A stretch of DNA of 64,000 nucleotides, from NCBI GenBank assembly GCA_044225365.1, contig JBGAIQ010000004.1, forward strand, positions 96,001-160,000, written 5' to 3'. A program made the position numbers and the translations under genes. Origin of the DNA: Planctomycetota bacterium. Lineage in GTDB: Bacteria > Planctomycetota > B15-G4 > JADJEK01. How positions within the stretch are numbered: position 1 is the stretch's first letter; every line of letters starts with the position of its first letter. The notes beneath the pieces are model-generated. The model saw nothing but the letters and a program-made list of their open reading frames with translations. It ran no database searches and was not told where the DNA came from. Of this stretch, positions 10,131-20,717 are shown in pieces.

Positions 10131-11228
10131 TCACCAATGCGTGTGGAGCGCGGTGACGAACGAGTTCGAATATGCGAGCGGTAGGCGAGCTCGCGACGAG
10201 CGGAGGCTCAACTGCGGACGCGCGGCGAGAAGGAATTCGCGCGCGCTCGCGCTTGGGTAGGTCGTCTTCGCGTAATTGGTGAGAGACGCCGCGAGCACGT
10301 CGGCGCAGAGCGGGGTGAGGCCGGGAAGATCGTGAGGATCGAGTTCGGCCTCGACGGCGCGCCGCAGCGCTTCGGGATCGCCCTCGAGATCGGCGATCTT
10401 CAAGATGCGATCGGGCGCGACGATCGACCGCCCCGAACGGCCCGCTTCGACGCAGAGCGCATGGAGCCCTTCGTACCCGCGGCGCTCGATGATGCGCGTG
10501 ACGATGAAGTAGCCGACGCCGTAGAGCGGAGCGCCTTCATCATGGGTCGAACGTTCGAACACCTGATCGTCATCGAGGGCGAGTACTTCCGCGATCGATG
10601 GGATCGCCGCGGCCTTCACGCCGAGGCGCATTTCGTGAGTCTCGCTGCGAGTTCGATGCATCGCGTCCCGCGGCAATCGGAATTCGATCGTCGCGTCGAT
10701 TCCTCCGAACGCACCGCCGGCCTCGAGAAGTCGCCACGCTCGCAGCGTCGATTGCGAGTCGTCGACGACGTCGTAGGCAGCGTAGTCGCAGAGACCCTCC
10801 TCCAGCACTGCGGGCAACGAGTCCCAATCGCTGCCGAGCATGAGGTGCACCAGTTCGTGCGCGAGGTGCAGCTTCAGTTCGGCGTCCTCGTCGCGGAGAT
10901 AGATTCGCGACTGGGCGTACTCCGCCATTCCTGCGACGTGTTCTGGAAAGGGCTCGCCGCGAAACAGCTCGAGCTGCTTTTGCATCCAGACCTCGACCGG
11001 CCGATCGCGCATGCCCGGCATCAACTCGCGCAAGCGCGGCACGAGTTCCGCGAGCAAGTCCTCGGTGCTCCGGGCGCTCGCTTCGGATGCAGCGCGAACG
11101 ACCCCGAACTCGCTCTCCACCGCCTTGGGCGGTGGCTCCGCTCGACACGCGCCGACGGCACCCAAGGCGCAGGTGACGCCGAGCGCGAGAGCGAGGCGCC
11201 CCAGTCGGAGAAATCGAAGCTGCTTCAC
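10131..11228 (-). CDS. Putative lipoprotein, zincin/gluzincin-like metallopeptidase
   Basis: Signal peptide with lipobox-like VGAC; HELVH followed by LEEGLCDY. Confidence 0.6.
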   Translation of the reverse strand: MKQLRFLRLGRLALALGVTCALGAVGACRAEPPPKAVESEFGVVRAASEASARSTEDLLAELVPRLRELMPGMRDRPVEVWMQKQLELFRGEPFPEHVAGMAEYAQSRIYLRDEDAELKLHLAHELVHLMLGSDWDSLPAVLEEGLCDYAAYDVVDDSQSTLRAWRLLEAGGAFGGIDATIEFRLPRDAMHRTRSETHEMRLGVKAAAIPSIAEVLALDDDQVFERSTHDEGAPLYGVGYFIVTRIIERRGYEGLHALCVEAGRSGRSIVAPDRILKIADLEGDPEALRRAVEAELDPHDLPGLTPLCADVLAASLTNYAKTTYPSASAREFLLAARPQLSLRSSRARLPLAYSNSFVTALHTHW

Positions 11229-11360
11229 GCGGTACGTCCTGATGAGGATCGATCACGGCAGGTTGGCCGGGATGAACGATACGTCAACGGGAGGCTGCGC
11301 GCTGGATCTTATCTCGGACTCGAGTCCATTGTCGAGCGCCGACGAATTCGTTCCATCCTG

Positions 11361-11744
11361 CTACTCGTCTTCGTCGTCGTCGTCCTCACCATCGCTCAGC
11401 GAATCCTCCGAGGTGACTTCCTCCTCGTCGAGCGCGTCCTCGTCGTCGGAGAACTCGGTGTCCTTTCGCGCCCTGGGTCCGCGTTTCGATGGTTTCGATG
11501 CGGGTCGCTGCTCGACCTCCGAAGTCGGGAACGGCAGCGACGTGGATCTCTTCGGCGCGAGCGTTTTCGAGGCCGCGCTCTTCGCGGTGCGCGAGGACGC
11601 TTTGCGAGCGACTCCCGGCGACGACTTCTTGGCTCGCGCCGGGGATGCCGCCGTCGAGATCGTCGACTTCGGCTTCGTGGACTTCGTCGGGCCTCGGCTG
11701 CCTTTGTCGGTCTTGCGACTCGTGGCTGCAGTCGTCTTGCGCAT
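11361..11744 (-). CDS. Small hypothetical protein with Lys/Arg/Ser-rich N-terminus and Asp/Glu-rich tail
   Basis: 127-aa ORF with GGAG RBS upstream and biased composition; fills the gap between flanking genes. Confidence 0.55.
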   Translation of the reverse strand: MRKTTAATSRKTDKGSRGPTKSTKPKSTISTAASPARAKKSSPGVARKASSRTAKSAASKTLAPKRSTSLPFPTSEVEQRPASKPSKRGPRARKDTEFSDDEDALDEEEVTSEDSLSDGEDDDDEDE

Positions 11745-11964
11745 GGCTGCGTCTCCTGCGATCTGGGACTCCGGAAACCGTTCGAATGGCTCGAGGCGGC
11801 CGCAACATCGATGCCACTCGACGACAGGAGATCGGGACGCGCCGTCTTACCGGAACGGTCCTTCCCGGCGGCCGTGCAGTTGCGTCTCTTCCGACTCCAC
11901 ATCGCGAAGCGCCGATCCCGGCGCTCGGTTTGTGGTATCGGCCTCCGGCAAATGAAGAATTGCG

Positions 11965-13266
11965 ATGGACTCGAGCACAATCCTGCATTCGTCGAGCGCG
12001 CAGGAAGTCGCACATCGATACCGCGTCGTTCGTGCGACCACGACCGACCTCGCCGCGCCACTGACCGCGGAGGATCAATGCGTGCAGTCGATGCCGGACT
12101 GCTCTCCGACCCGCTGGCACCTCGGGCATACGACCTGGTTCTTCGAGTACTTCGTACTGCGAAGCCACCTGCGTTCGTACCGCGCATACGACGACCGTTA
12201 CGACGCGATCTTCAACTCCTACTACCGCTCGATCGGAACGCCGCTTCCCCGCACGTCCAGGGGCCTCCTCTCCCGCCCGTCCCTTCGTGACGTCCATTCC
12301 TATCGCGAACGAGTCGACGGCGCCATGGACCGCCTCCTCGCCGGTGCTTCGCTCCCGCCCGACATCCTCGCTCGCATCGAGATCGGCCTGCATCACGAAC
12401 GCCAGCACCAGGAGCTGATCCTCACGGACATCCTGCACGCCTTTGGTTCGAGCCCGCTGCGGCCGGCGTATCGGGATCGCCCGTCGACCGGGCTGCCGCC
12501 GCCGCGAACTCGGGAACCCTGCGAAGGGACGTGGATCGAACATCCAGGCGGAGAAGTGGAAGTAGGCGCCGATTCGGCGGCTGGCTTCGCGTTCGACAAC
12601 GAGTCGCCGCGTCACGCCGTCCGCCTCGACCCCTTCGCCATCGGATCGCGTCTCGTGACGAATGGCGAATTCCGCGAGTTCATGCAGGATGGCGGTTATC
12701 GCCGTCCTGATCTCTGGCTGTCGGATGGATGGGACTTCCTCTCGAAATCGGAACCTCGGATCGAGATGCCCCTCTACTGGCGGAGCGAGGATCCGCGCAC
12801 GCTCGGCTTCACGCTCGATGGCGAAATCCTCCTCGAGCCCGAAAGTCCGGTCGCGCACGTCAGTTTCTACGAAGCCGACGCCTACGCCCGCTGGCGCGGT
12901 TGCCGGCTGCCGACCGAATTCGAATGGGAAGCGATCGCTTCAGCTCTTCCGATTCGCGGCAACTTCCTCGAGTCCGGTCTAATGCGCGCGGCGGCCGCCG
13001 AACCGTCTCACGCGAATGGACCGGCACAACTCTACGGCGATTTGTGGGAATGGACGCAGAGCGCGTACCTGCCTTACCCGCGTTTCAAGCCGCGCGCAGA
13101 CGCGCTCGGGGAGTACAACGGCAAATTCATGTGCAACCAGATGGTGCTGCGTGGAGGATCCTTCGCCACTCCCCTCGCCTCGATGCGCTCGACCTACCGT
13201 AATTTCTTCCCGCCGGCGACGCGATGGCAGTTCTCCGGCATCCGGCTTGCGAGCGACCGCGCATGA
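11965..13266 (+). CDS. egtB: Ergothioneine biosynthesis sulfoxide synthase EgtB
   Basis: QSMPDCSPTRWHLGHTTWFFE, HHERQHQEL, FGE-sulfatase domain, EYNGKFMCNQMVLRGGS. Confidence 0.95.
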   Translation: MDSSTILHSSSAQEVAHRYRVVRATTTDLAAPLTAEDQCVQSMPDCSPTRWHLGHTTWFFEYFVLRSHLRSYRAYDDRYDAIFNSYYRSIGTPLPRTSRGLLSRPSLRDVHSYRERVDGAMDRLLAGASLPPDILARIEIGLHHERQHQELILTDILHAFGSSPLRPAYRDRPSTGLPPPRTREPCEGTWIEHPGGEVEVGADSAAGFAFDNESPRHAVRLDPFAIGSRLVTNGEFREFMQDGGYRRPDLWLSDGWDFLSKSEPRIEMPLYWRSEDPRTLGFTLDGEILLEPESPVAHVSFYEADAYARWRGCRLPTEFEWEAIASALPIRGNFLESGLMRAAAAEPSHANGPAQLYGDLWEWTQSAYLPYPRFKPRADALGEYNGKFMCNQMVLRGGSFATPLASMRSTYRNFFPPATRWQFSGIRLASDRA

Positions 13267-14237
13267 CCACTTCGACGATACGACCTTCGTTCATCGATCT
13301 GCGGGCCGCACCCGTCGATTTGAACGAGGAGATCCTGGCTGGACTCCTCGCGCCTCATAAGTCACTCCCTAGCAAGTTGCTCTACGATGCCGTCGGCTCT
13401 GCCTTGTTCGAGCAGATCGTAGAATGCCCGGAATATTATCTCGCCCGCGCCGAGCTCTCCATCCTGGCGAACAGTGGCACCTCCATCGCGGAAAGGATCG
13501 GACCGCGCGCGACCATCATCGAATATGGAATCGGGAGCGGCACGAAGACCCGATCCTTGCTGTCGGCCTTGCGCGACCCTCATTCTTATATTGCAATCGA
13601 TTTCGACCCGCTGACCCTCGTGAAGTCGACGAAGGAGCTCGCAACGGCGTTTCCAGGCCTCGAGATCCTCGCGGTTTGCGCAGATTGGAATCAACCCCTC
13701 GATCTTCGCTCCATTGCGAGCGGGGCGGACGAACGCCGTCGGGTGGGGTTCTTTCCGGGATCGACGATCGGAAACCTGACGATGCCGGAGGCGCGTCGCT
13801 TCCTGGAAAGCGTCGCCGCCGTCGTGGGCGAGGGCGGCGGACTCCTCGTCGGAATCGACTTGAAGAAATCCAGCGCCATTCTCGAACTCGCTTACAACGA
13901 TTCGCAAGGCATCACCGCGGCGTTCAACAAGAACATCTTGAGTCATGTGAACACGTTGGTCGGAGCCGACTTCGATATCGACAGGTTCGAACACATCGCC
14001 ATCTTCGACGATCTGCGCTCGTGCGTGGAAATGCACTTGATCAGTCTCGCGGCGCAGACGGTGCATGTCGATCGACATGCCATCGAATTCCGAGTTGGAG
14101 AGTCCATCCATACGGAAACGTGCATGAAGTGGGATGCGGGTCGATTCGAAGCGTTTGCCGCGGAATCGGGTTTTGCGGTCGAGGGTCGCTGGACCGACGA
14201 GCAAGAGTTGTTCGCGGTGATGCTCCTCGTTCATTGA
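13263..14237 (+). CDS. egtD: L-histidine N-alpha-methyltransferase EgtD
   Basis: KSLPSKLLYDAVGSALFEQI..EYY, GSGTKT, FPGSTIGN, AYNDSQGITAAFNKN, ESIHTE; ATGA overlap with egtB. Confidence 0.93.
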   Translation: MTTSTIRPSFIDLRAAPVDLNEEILAGLLAPHKSLPSKLLYDAVGSALFEQIVECPEYYLARAELSILANSGTSIAERIGPRATIIEYGIGSGTKTRSLLSALRDPHSYIAIDFDPLTLVKSTKELATAFPGLEILAVCADWNQPLDLRSIASGADERRRVGFFPGSTIGNLTMPEARRFLESVAAVVGEGGGLLVGIDLKKSSAILELAYNDSQGITAAFNKNILSHVNTLVGADFDIDRFEHIAIFDDLRSCVEMHLISLAAQTVHVDRHAIEFRVGESIHTETCMKWDAGRFEAFAAESGFAVEGRWTDEQELFAVMLLVH

Positions 14238-14338
14238 GAGCCACGTGCGGGACGCACTCCGGCGGCGGCACATGCTGTGCGTCGTGATCCACGAGCCCGC
14301 CTGACCATCCGATTCCTCCAGACTCCGAGATTCTACAA

Positions 14339-15127
14339 ATGAACCGTTCGCTATTCGCCTCGTCGCTCCTCATCGCCTCCATTACGAGTGGCGTCGCGCT
14401 CGCTCAGGACACTCCGAAGAACCCGCCGTCGAATCCTTCCAAGTCCGATCCGTCGAGGATCGACACGCAGAACCGCAAGTACAGCGGCGCGATGCGCAAC
14501 GATGCGATCCTCGCGTCCCTGCTCCTCGTCGACAACGAAGCGGAAATCGCCCTCGCGCAGCTCGCGAAGGAACGCGCCACCGACAAGGACGTGAAGGAAT
14601 TCGCCGCGAAGATGATCGAGGATCACACGCAGTTCGGCACGAAACTCCAGGCATGCTGCGCCGCCGACGCATTGAACGATACGGGCCGCGCGAATCGTGA
14701 TGTGCCCGCGAGCACGGACGCTCCGAACCATCCATCGACTCCATCGACGACGGGCAACCCCGCCGACGACGCCAAGAGGGTGGGCGCTCAGGATCGGACG
14801 AGCGAGAAGATGCTCGATTCGCCCGCCGACCACATCGCCATGTTCAAGGAGCTCGGCGCCAAGTGCCTCGAATCCTCGAAGCGCATGTTGATGGAGAAGA
14901 ACGGCGCGGACTTCGATCGCTGCTACATGGGCATGCAGGTCGGCATGCATCAACACGTCCTCGATTCGCTCGACGTGTTCCAGAAGTACGCCTCCCCGAC
15001 GCTGCAGGAGGTCCTCACCACCGGTTCGCAGACGGTGAAGATGCACCTGACGCATGCGAAGGAGATCGCGAGCCGATTCGAGACCTCGAAGGCGGCGGCG
15101 AAACCGGGCGAGCCCAAGAGCAACTGA
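14339..15127 (+). CDS. Secreted DUF4142-like (ferritin-like fold) protein
   Basis: Signal peptide; EIALAQLA..VKEFAAKMIEDH and GADFDRCYMGMQVGMH patterns. Confidence 0.7.
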   Translation: MNRSLFASSLLIASITSGVALAQDTPKNPPSNPSKSDPSRIDTQNRKYSGAMRNDAILASLLLVDNEAEIALAQLAKERATDKDVKEFAAKMIEDHTQFGTKLQACCAADALNDTGRANRDVPASTDAPNHPSTPSTTGNPADDAKRVGAQDRTSEKMLDSPADHIAMFKELGAKCLESSKRMLMEKNGADFDRCYMGMQVGMHQHVLDSLDVFQKYASPTLQEVLTTGSQTVKMHLTHAKEIASRFETSKAAAKPGEPKSN

Positions 15128-15287
15128 TTCAGAGCATTCGTATCCATTCCGATCGAGCTCGCGAGCGTCTCTCCGCACGAAAGTGGGGTGAGACGCTCGC
15201 CCGCTCGCATGCCGTAATCGTCGCTCCTGGGATCGTTTCTCGCTCGATGCACTTCACAAATGCCCGACGCCATGGAAGGATCGGGGC

Positions 15288-16544
15288 ATGTGGAAGTTTC
15301 GATCGTCGACCTCACTCGTTTCCGGCTTCTTCCTTCTCGCATCGACGGCCCTGGGTGCGGAGCGACCCAAGCGGCAGCCGTCCGAGGGCGGGGAGTGGAA
15401 AGTCGAGGTCTCCGTCGTCGCGAGCCAGCTCGCGATCCCGACCGGGACCGCGCGCGGGTTCGTCTGGATGCAGAACGAGGGCAGTCGCAAGTACGTCGGC
15501 GGCTCGACTCTCGCGCTCCACACGCAAAAAGGCGATCTCGCGTTCGCGGAGCCGTCGTTCCAGCTCGATGCCGATGAAGAGCCGAAGGGCGCGAAGGAGT
15601 CACTCCCGAGCGGCGGCCCGAGTCAGGAGCAGTTGCTGCGCACCCTCACGACCTCCGACCTCTCGCTGCTGCCCGTCCGGGCCCTGCAGTTCCATCACAT
15701 GACCTTCGAGAGCGCGAAGCACACGGCGACCAAGTCCGTGAAGGCCGAGGGACAGAAAGTCGATTGGACGGACGATCGACTCGGCGCCACGCGCATCGCT
15801 GGCACGTCCTACGACGAGTACTTCTCCCGCTGCGTTCGACGCTTCGAAGGCACCGAGTACGAGATCCGCGATTACGTCTTCACTGCGGAGTACGACAGCC
15901 CGAAGAACAGCGAGCACTACGTCGCATTCAGCCGCGGGTATCGCGCGATCCTCCATCCGTCGCTTCCTGCCGCCGACGGCACACGTCCCGATGGCGGGCT
16001 CCTGCTCCTCGTCCGCTTCTCCGCGACCCGCCTCGAGTGGGACAAGAACATGGGCAAGGGCGAGCCCGTGATCGACGCAGGAGACGAAGCGAGTCTGGCG
16101 AAGACCGGCGAGGAGTGGGTGCAGGACGGACTCCTGCGGACGCTCGATTCCGACGGGATCGGAGACCCGTTCGACAGTCCCACGATCGCGATCCTGCGAG
16201 CGATGGGATCGTTCGACGCGGCCGCCGCGAAACGCGTCACCTCGATGACGAGTCCCAAGCCGCTCGCGATCATCGTCCCGCTCCTCGTCGAGAAGAAGCT
16301 CGAGGTCGACGGCACGAAGTTCAAGCGGCTCTACTCCGACTGCGACGATCCCGTGTATCGCACGCTCTATGCTGCGGGCGCGCAACTCGGAGGTAAGGGC
16401 GATCCTTCGTTCAAGGAAGAGGCCGCGTTCGCAGCGTCGTCCAAGGATCCCCGTGTCCTGCGCGCCGCGCGCGCGCTCGCGAGCGCCCTCTCCGATACGG
16501 CGCTGGTCGCGAAGATCGACGCCGCACTCGGCACGAAGAAGTGA
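15288..16544 (+). CDS. Hypothetical secreted protein
   Basis: 418-aa ORF with signal peptide and typical codon usage; no recognisable motif. Confidence 0.7.
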   Translation: MWKFRSSTSLVSGFFLLASTALGAERPKRQPSEGGEWKVEVSVVASQLAIPTGTARGFVWMQNEGSRKYVGGSTLALHTQKGDLAFAEPSFQLDADEEPKGAKESLPSGGPSQEQLLRTLTTSDLSLLPVRALQFHHMTFESAKHTATKSVKAEGQKVDWTDDRLGATRIAGTSYDEYFSRCVRRFEGTEYEIRDYVFTAEYDSPKNSEHYVAFSRGYRAILHPSLPAADGTRPDGGLLLLVRFSATRLEWDKNMGKGEPVIDAGDEASLAKTGEEWVQDGLLRTLDSDGIGDPFDSPTIAILRAMGSFDAAAAKRVTSMTSPKPLAIIVPLLVEKKLEVDGTKFKRLYSDCDDPVYRTLYAAGAQLGGKGDPSFKEEAAFAASSKDPRVLRAARALASALSDTALVAKIDAALGTKK

Positions 16545-16553
16545 ACTCCTCGA

Positions 16554-16602
16554 GCGAAGCAGCGCTTCAGGGACGCTCGTCTCGTCCGTGAAGCGCCGTT
16601 CG
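16554..16602. terminator. Imperfect hairpin between convergent genes
   Basis: GCGAA..GCGCTTCA.GGACG pairs with CGTCC.TGAAGCGC..TTCGC. Confidence 0.4.
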
Positions 16603-16625
16603 CATCGTCTCGCTCTCGGGTCGGA

Positions 16626-17357
16626 TCAGTTGGCCGTCGCGGAGTCCGCGGACGGTGCTTCCGCAGGCGGCTCACCGCCGCACGGTCCACCCGCGAAGGC
16701 CGCCGCCGCGGCGGCCTGGATCTCGTCCGGCGTCAGGACCTTCATGTTCGTCGCGATCGACCACATGTGGCCGAACGGATCCTTCACGCAACTGAAGCGA
16801 TCGCCCCAGAACATGTCGGCCGGCGGCATCACCACCTGACAGCCCGCGCCGACGGCGCGATTGAAGATGTCGTCGACCGACGCCACGTAGAGATGGATCG
16901 TCACCGGCGTGTTGCCGATCTTCAGGGGCGAGCGACTCTGTCCGCCCGCCATCTCGGGGAAATCGTCGGAGATCATCAGCATCGAGTCGCCGATCTGCAG
17001 CTCGGAGTGCATCACCTTGTTGCCGGGGCCGCCCATGCGCATGTTCTCCTTCGCGCCGAACGCCGTCGCGTAGAAGTCGATCGCTGCTGCAGCGCCTTCG
17101 ATCACGAGGTAGGGCGTGATCGTGCGGTATCCGGGGGGAACACCCTTCGGACGAGCGGGCGCGCTCGACTTCGCGGCGGACTTCGCCTTCGCCTTCGGAG
17201 CCGACTTCGCCTTCGCGACGACCTTCGCCTTGGGCTTCGTCTTGGCCGCAGCTTTCGACTTCGCCTTGGTCGCGGGGGCCTTCGATTTTTTCGCTTTCGA
17301 CTTCGCGTCCTTCGCTTGGTTCTTCTTGTTCGACTTCATCGGTTTCTTGCCAGCCAT
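16626..17357 (-). CDS. VOC/PhnB-like glyoxalase with histone-H1-like Lys/Ala-rich N-terminal extension
   Basis: ITPYLVIEGAAAAIDFYATAFGA, HSELQIGDS, DMFWGDR..KDPFGHMW; first ~65 aa are KAK repeats. Confidence 0.88.
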   Translation of the reverse strand: MAGKKPMKSNKKNQAKDAKSKAKKSKAPATKAKSKAAAKTKPKAKVVAKAKSAPKAKAKSAAKSSAPARPKGVPPGYRTITPYLVIEGAAAAIDFYATAFGAKENMRMGGPGNKVMHSELQIGDSMLMISDDFPEMAGGQSRSPLKIGNTPVTIHLYVASVDDIFNRAVGAGCQVVMPPADMFWGDRFSCVKDPFGHMWSIATNMKVLTPDEIQAAAAAAFAGGPCGGEPPAEAPSADSATAN

Positions 17358-17659
17358 CGCACACTCCTTCGCGACCGAAGATGCTCCAACACCAGCCCAG
17401 TGTCAGCGGGAGCGATAGCGTAGCGGGGCTGAAAGACTTTTGTAGACCCGCTGCGAACCCACGACGGCACTCTTTCGGGTATGCTTCGCTGCCGTCTCGC
17501 CGCTTCGCTACCCGAATGCGGCGGCGATTTTCGACGCAACCCAGCCCCACACTCTCGGTTGCAAGTTACTTTCAGTTCGAGCCTGCCCCTCCCCCTAGCT
17601 CTCTCCACCCGTTGGGCCGTTGCGCCGTCGCCACGGCCGAAGATGCAGGAGTCTCCTGA

Positions 17660-20600
17660 ATGTTGCGATCCACTTTCGTTGCACTCACGGGCGTCGCCCT
17701 TGCCGTGAGTTCGCTGACCGCGTTTGCCCAGCAGGATGCCGCGCGCCCGTCGACGCACGCTCGCGACTTCCTCGCTCGCCACCCTGGTGATTGGCGCGTC
17801 GTCAACGACCCCGCGAGCGGCAATCCGTCGTTCGTCTACGGCTCGCGATTCGCGATCGGCGGACCTCAGGGGAATGCGCAATCCTGGGAGGCCGCGGCGC
17901 GCGCGGTGATCGCGGACCAGTCGACGCTCTTCGGCGTGACGAATGGTGAACTCGAGCTGAAGCAGGTGAAGCAACTGGACCTCTCCCGGATCGGCTCGTC
18001 CGACAAGGTCGCCGTCGAATTCGATCAAGTCGTCGACGGCATCACGGCCTTCGGTGGCGCGATCACCATCCTGTTCGACGCGAAGTCCGGCGACGTGATC
18101 GCTCTCGACACCACGGCGATCGCGTACGCGAATCGGGTCGACCTCACGCCGAAGTCGACGCTCTCGCAGGCGATCGCGAATGCGCGCGTCGGCTATCGCG
18201 CGGAATTCGGCGCCGACTTCACCGACGTGATCTCGGTCGATCCCGTGATCGTCGGTCCCTCTCCGTTCTTCGGCAGGAAGAGCATCCTCAGCAGTCGCGG
18301 TCCGGTCCTCGCCTGGGTGATCGAGGCCAAGACGCGCGGATTGCGCACGAAGGACAACGTGCCGATGCAGGCGCGCGTGTTCGTCGCCGCCGACGACGGC
18401 GCCGTCATCAAGGTCGAGCCCTCCGCGCATTCGATCGACGGTCAGGTCTCCGGCAATTGCAACATCGGCCCGGAGATCAACTCCGCAACCAACCAGGAGA
18501 CTCCGGGTCTGCCCAACGTCTACGTGCGCCAGACGAGTTCCGCCGGTGCGATCCTCGCGACGACGGACGCGAACGGCAACTACGCGATGGCGCAGGCCGG
18601 TCCGCTCACGCTCTACGTCGACCTCTCGGGTCCGTTCTGCAAGGTGAGCAACCAGGCCGCGACCAACTCGAGCTTCACGGTGGCCAACGTGGTCACCGGC
18701 ATCGCGCAGAACTTCCTGTTCAATCCGACGAAGGCCGAGTTCACCACGGCCGAGGTCGCGGGCTTCTATCACGTCGCGAAGTTCCGCGATTGGGTGAAGA
18801 GCGTCGACCCCGCGGACACGACGATGGACTTCCAGGTCCTGACGCGCGTGAACATGAACGACCTGCTGTGCAACGCGTACTACGATGGATCTGCCCTCAA
18901 TCTCGAGCGAGCGGGCAGCGGATGCGCCAACACCGCGATGCAGGACGTGATCCAGCACGAGGAAGGTCACTGGGCGAACGAGCGCTACAACGGCACGGCG
19001 CTCACCGGCGCCTTCCATGAAGGCAACGCCGACGACTTCGCGTACTACATCAACGACGATCCGTGCTTGTCCGACTTCACGGTCGGTTCGACGGGTTGTC
19101 TGCGTTCCGCGCTGCAGACCTCGGTCTTCAAGTGCGCCGACGACGGCGAGTCCTGCAACGGCGGCGAAGTGCACACCGAAGGTGAAGCCCTTGCGAGCGC
19201 CGTGTGGGCCGTGCGTGCACGGCTCAAGACCGCGCTCGGGAACGGGCCCGGACAGGTCGTCGCGAACAGCCTCTTCCTCCGCTGGATGCAAGTCTTCAAC
19301 GACGGTGCGATCCTCAACGTGATCAAGGATCACTGGCTCGCGCTCGACGACGACAACGGCAACCTCGCCGACCTGACGCCGCACTTCTCGCAGGTGAACG
19401 GTGGCTTCGTCGATTACGGCTGGCCGGGAATTCCGGACCCCGTCATCTCGATCACGCAGTCGCCCGCCGACAACGCCGAGATCGGCGATCAGCAAGGCGT
19501 GACGATCAAGGCGAACGTCACCTCCGTGCTCAGCACGGTGGGCGTGGTGCAGTTGCTCTATTCGACGAACGGCACCTCGTTCAGCACGCTTGCGATGGCG
19601 CCGACGGGTGTGCCGTCCGAGTACTCGGCCACGATTCCCGGTCTCGCGTCGCCGAACAGCGTGTTCTGGTACGTCCACGCGACGAACGGCCTCGGCGATC
19701 AGGCGAACGCGCCGAAGACCGCGCCGACGAATCGCCGGGTGTATCACGTCGGCAAGCTCGTCATCCTGCAGAAGTTCGACTTCGAAGCCGCGACCGACGA
19801 GGGTTGGACCCATGCCAATCTTTCGGGCAGCAACGGCGACCAGTGGCAACGGAACAATCCGGCAAACTCGAATGCGGGATCCGATCCCAACACCGCGTTC
19901 TCCGGTACCAAGGTCTGGGGCACCGACCTCTCCGTGAGCGGCACGGACGGCATGTACGAGCCGAGTGCGTCGGGTGAGCTGCGCTCGCCGATCTTCAATC
20001 TCTCGACGAGTTCGAAGGTGCGTCTCCAGTATCGCCGCTGGCTCACGGTCGAAGAGGGACAGTTCGATCAGGCGACGATTCGTGTGAACGGCACGACCGT
20101 CTTCTCGAACCCGAATACCGGCAACCTCATCGACACCGAGTGGACGCTCCACGACATCGACATCACCGCGCAGGCCGGAAACAACGCGTCGGTGCAGATC
20201 AACTACCGGCTCGCGGCCGACGGCGGCTTGGAGTTCGGCGGTTGGAACGTCGACGACTTCACCCTGTATCGCGTCGACGCAAACCCGGTCGGCTTCTTCA
20301 CCACCTACGGCTCGGGCTGTCAGGGATCGGGCGGTCTCGTGCCCGCGCTCGCGGGATCCGGCACTCCGACGCCAGGACAGAACGTGACGCTCACGATCAG
20401 CAACGGCAAGCCGAACGGCGCGGGCGTGCTGATCCTCGGCACCGCGCAGGCATCGGTCGCGGCCTCGGGCTGCACGCTACTGGTCGGCGGCGGCCTCATA
20501 CCGCTGTCGCTGACCCTTGGGCCGACGGGTAGCTTCCCGCTCACCGGCGGCATCCCGCTCGGCACCCCGGCGAACGACACCTACTGGCAATGGTTCGGCG

Positions 20601-20665
20601 GCGACTCGGGCGCCCCAAATCACGTCTACTCGGCCAGCAACGGCCTGAAGATGCACATCCAGTGA
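17660..20665 (+). CDS. Secreted zinc metalloprotease (M4/M36-like) with propeptide and C-terminal Cys-containing domain
   Basis: Signal peptide; NAYYDG, HEEGH, GAFHEGNAD, GEVHTEG thermolysin/fungalysin-like motifs. Confidence 0.8.
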   Translation: MLRSTFVALTGVALAVSSLTAFAQQDAARPSTHARDFLARHPGDWRVVNDPASGNPSFVYGSRFAIGGPQGNAQSWEAAARAVIADQSTLFGVTNGELELKQVKQLDLSRIGSSDKVAVEFDQVVDGITAFGGAITILFDAKSGDVIALDTTAIAYANRVDLTPKSTLSQAIANARVGYRAEFGADFTDVISVDPVIVGPSPFFGRKSILSSRGPVLAWVIEAKTRGLRTKDNVPMQARVFVAADDGAVIKVEPSAHSIDGQVSGNCNIGPEINSATNQETPGLPNVYVRQTSSAGAILATTDANGNYAMAQAGPLTLYVDLSGPFCKVSNQAATNSSFTVANVVTGIAQNFLFNPTKAEFTTAEVAGFYHVAKFRDWVKSVDPADTTMDFQVLTRVNMNDLLCNAYYDGSALNLERAGSGCANTAMQDVIQHEEGHWANERYNGTALTGAFHEGNADDFAYYINDDPCLSDFTVGSTGCLRSALQTSVFKCADDGESCNGGEVHTEGEALASAVWAVRARLKTALGNGPGQVVANSLFLRWMQVFNDGAILNVIKDHWLALDDDNGNLADLTPHFSQVNGGFVDYGWPGIPDPVISITQSPADNAEIGDQQGVTIKANVTSVLSTVGVVQLLYSTNGTSFSTLAMAPTGVPSEYSATIPGLASPNSVFWYVHATNGLGDQANAPKTAPTNRRVYHVGKLVILQKFDFEAATDEGWTHANLSGSNGDQWQRNNPANSNAGSDPNTAFSGTKVWGTDLSVSGTDGMYEPSASGELRSPIFNLSTSSKVRLQYRRWLTVEEGQFDQATIRVNGTTVFSNPNTGNLIDTEWTLHDIDITAQAGNNASVQINYRLAADGGLEFGGWNVDDFTLYRVDANPVGFFTTYGSGCQGSGGLVPALAGSGTPTPGQNVTLTISNGKPNGAGVLILGTAQASVAASGCTLLVGGGLIPLSLTLGPTGSFPLTGGIPLGTPANDTYWQWFGGDSGAPNHVYSASNGLKMHIQ

Positions 20666-20717
20666 TCGGATTGGCCGCGGTCCGTCACCGCGCTCGGTCG
20701 CCCGGATGACCTCTTAT

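Noticed and set aside
11965-14237. egtBD without egtA/egtC/egtE as a novel pathway
   Set aside because: The two-gene egtBD arrangement is common in bacteria.
17358-17659. Possible riboswitch or ncRNA in a hairpin-rich intergenic region
   Set aside because: Hairpins are present but I recognise no family consensus; an Rfam search would be needed.
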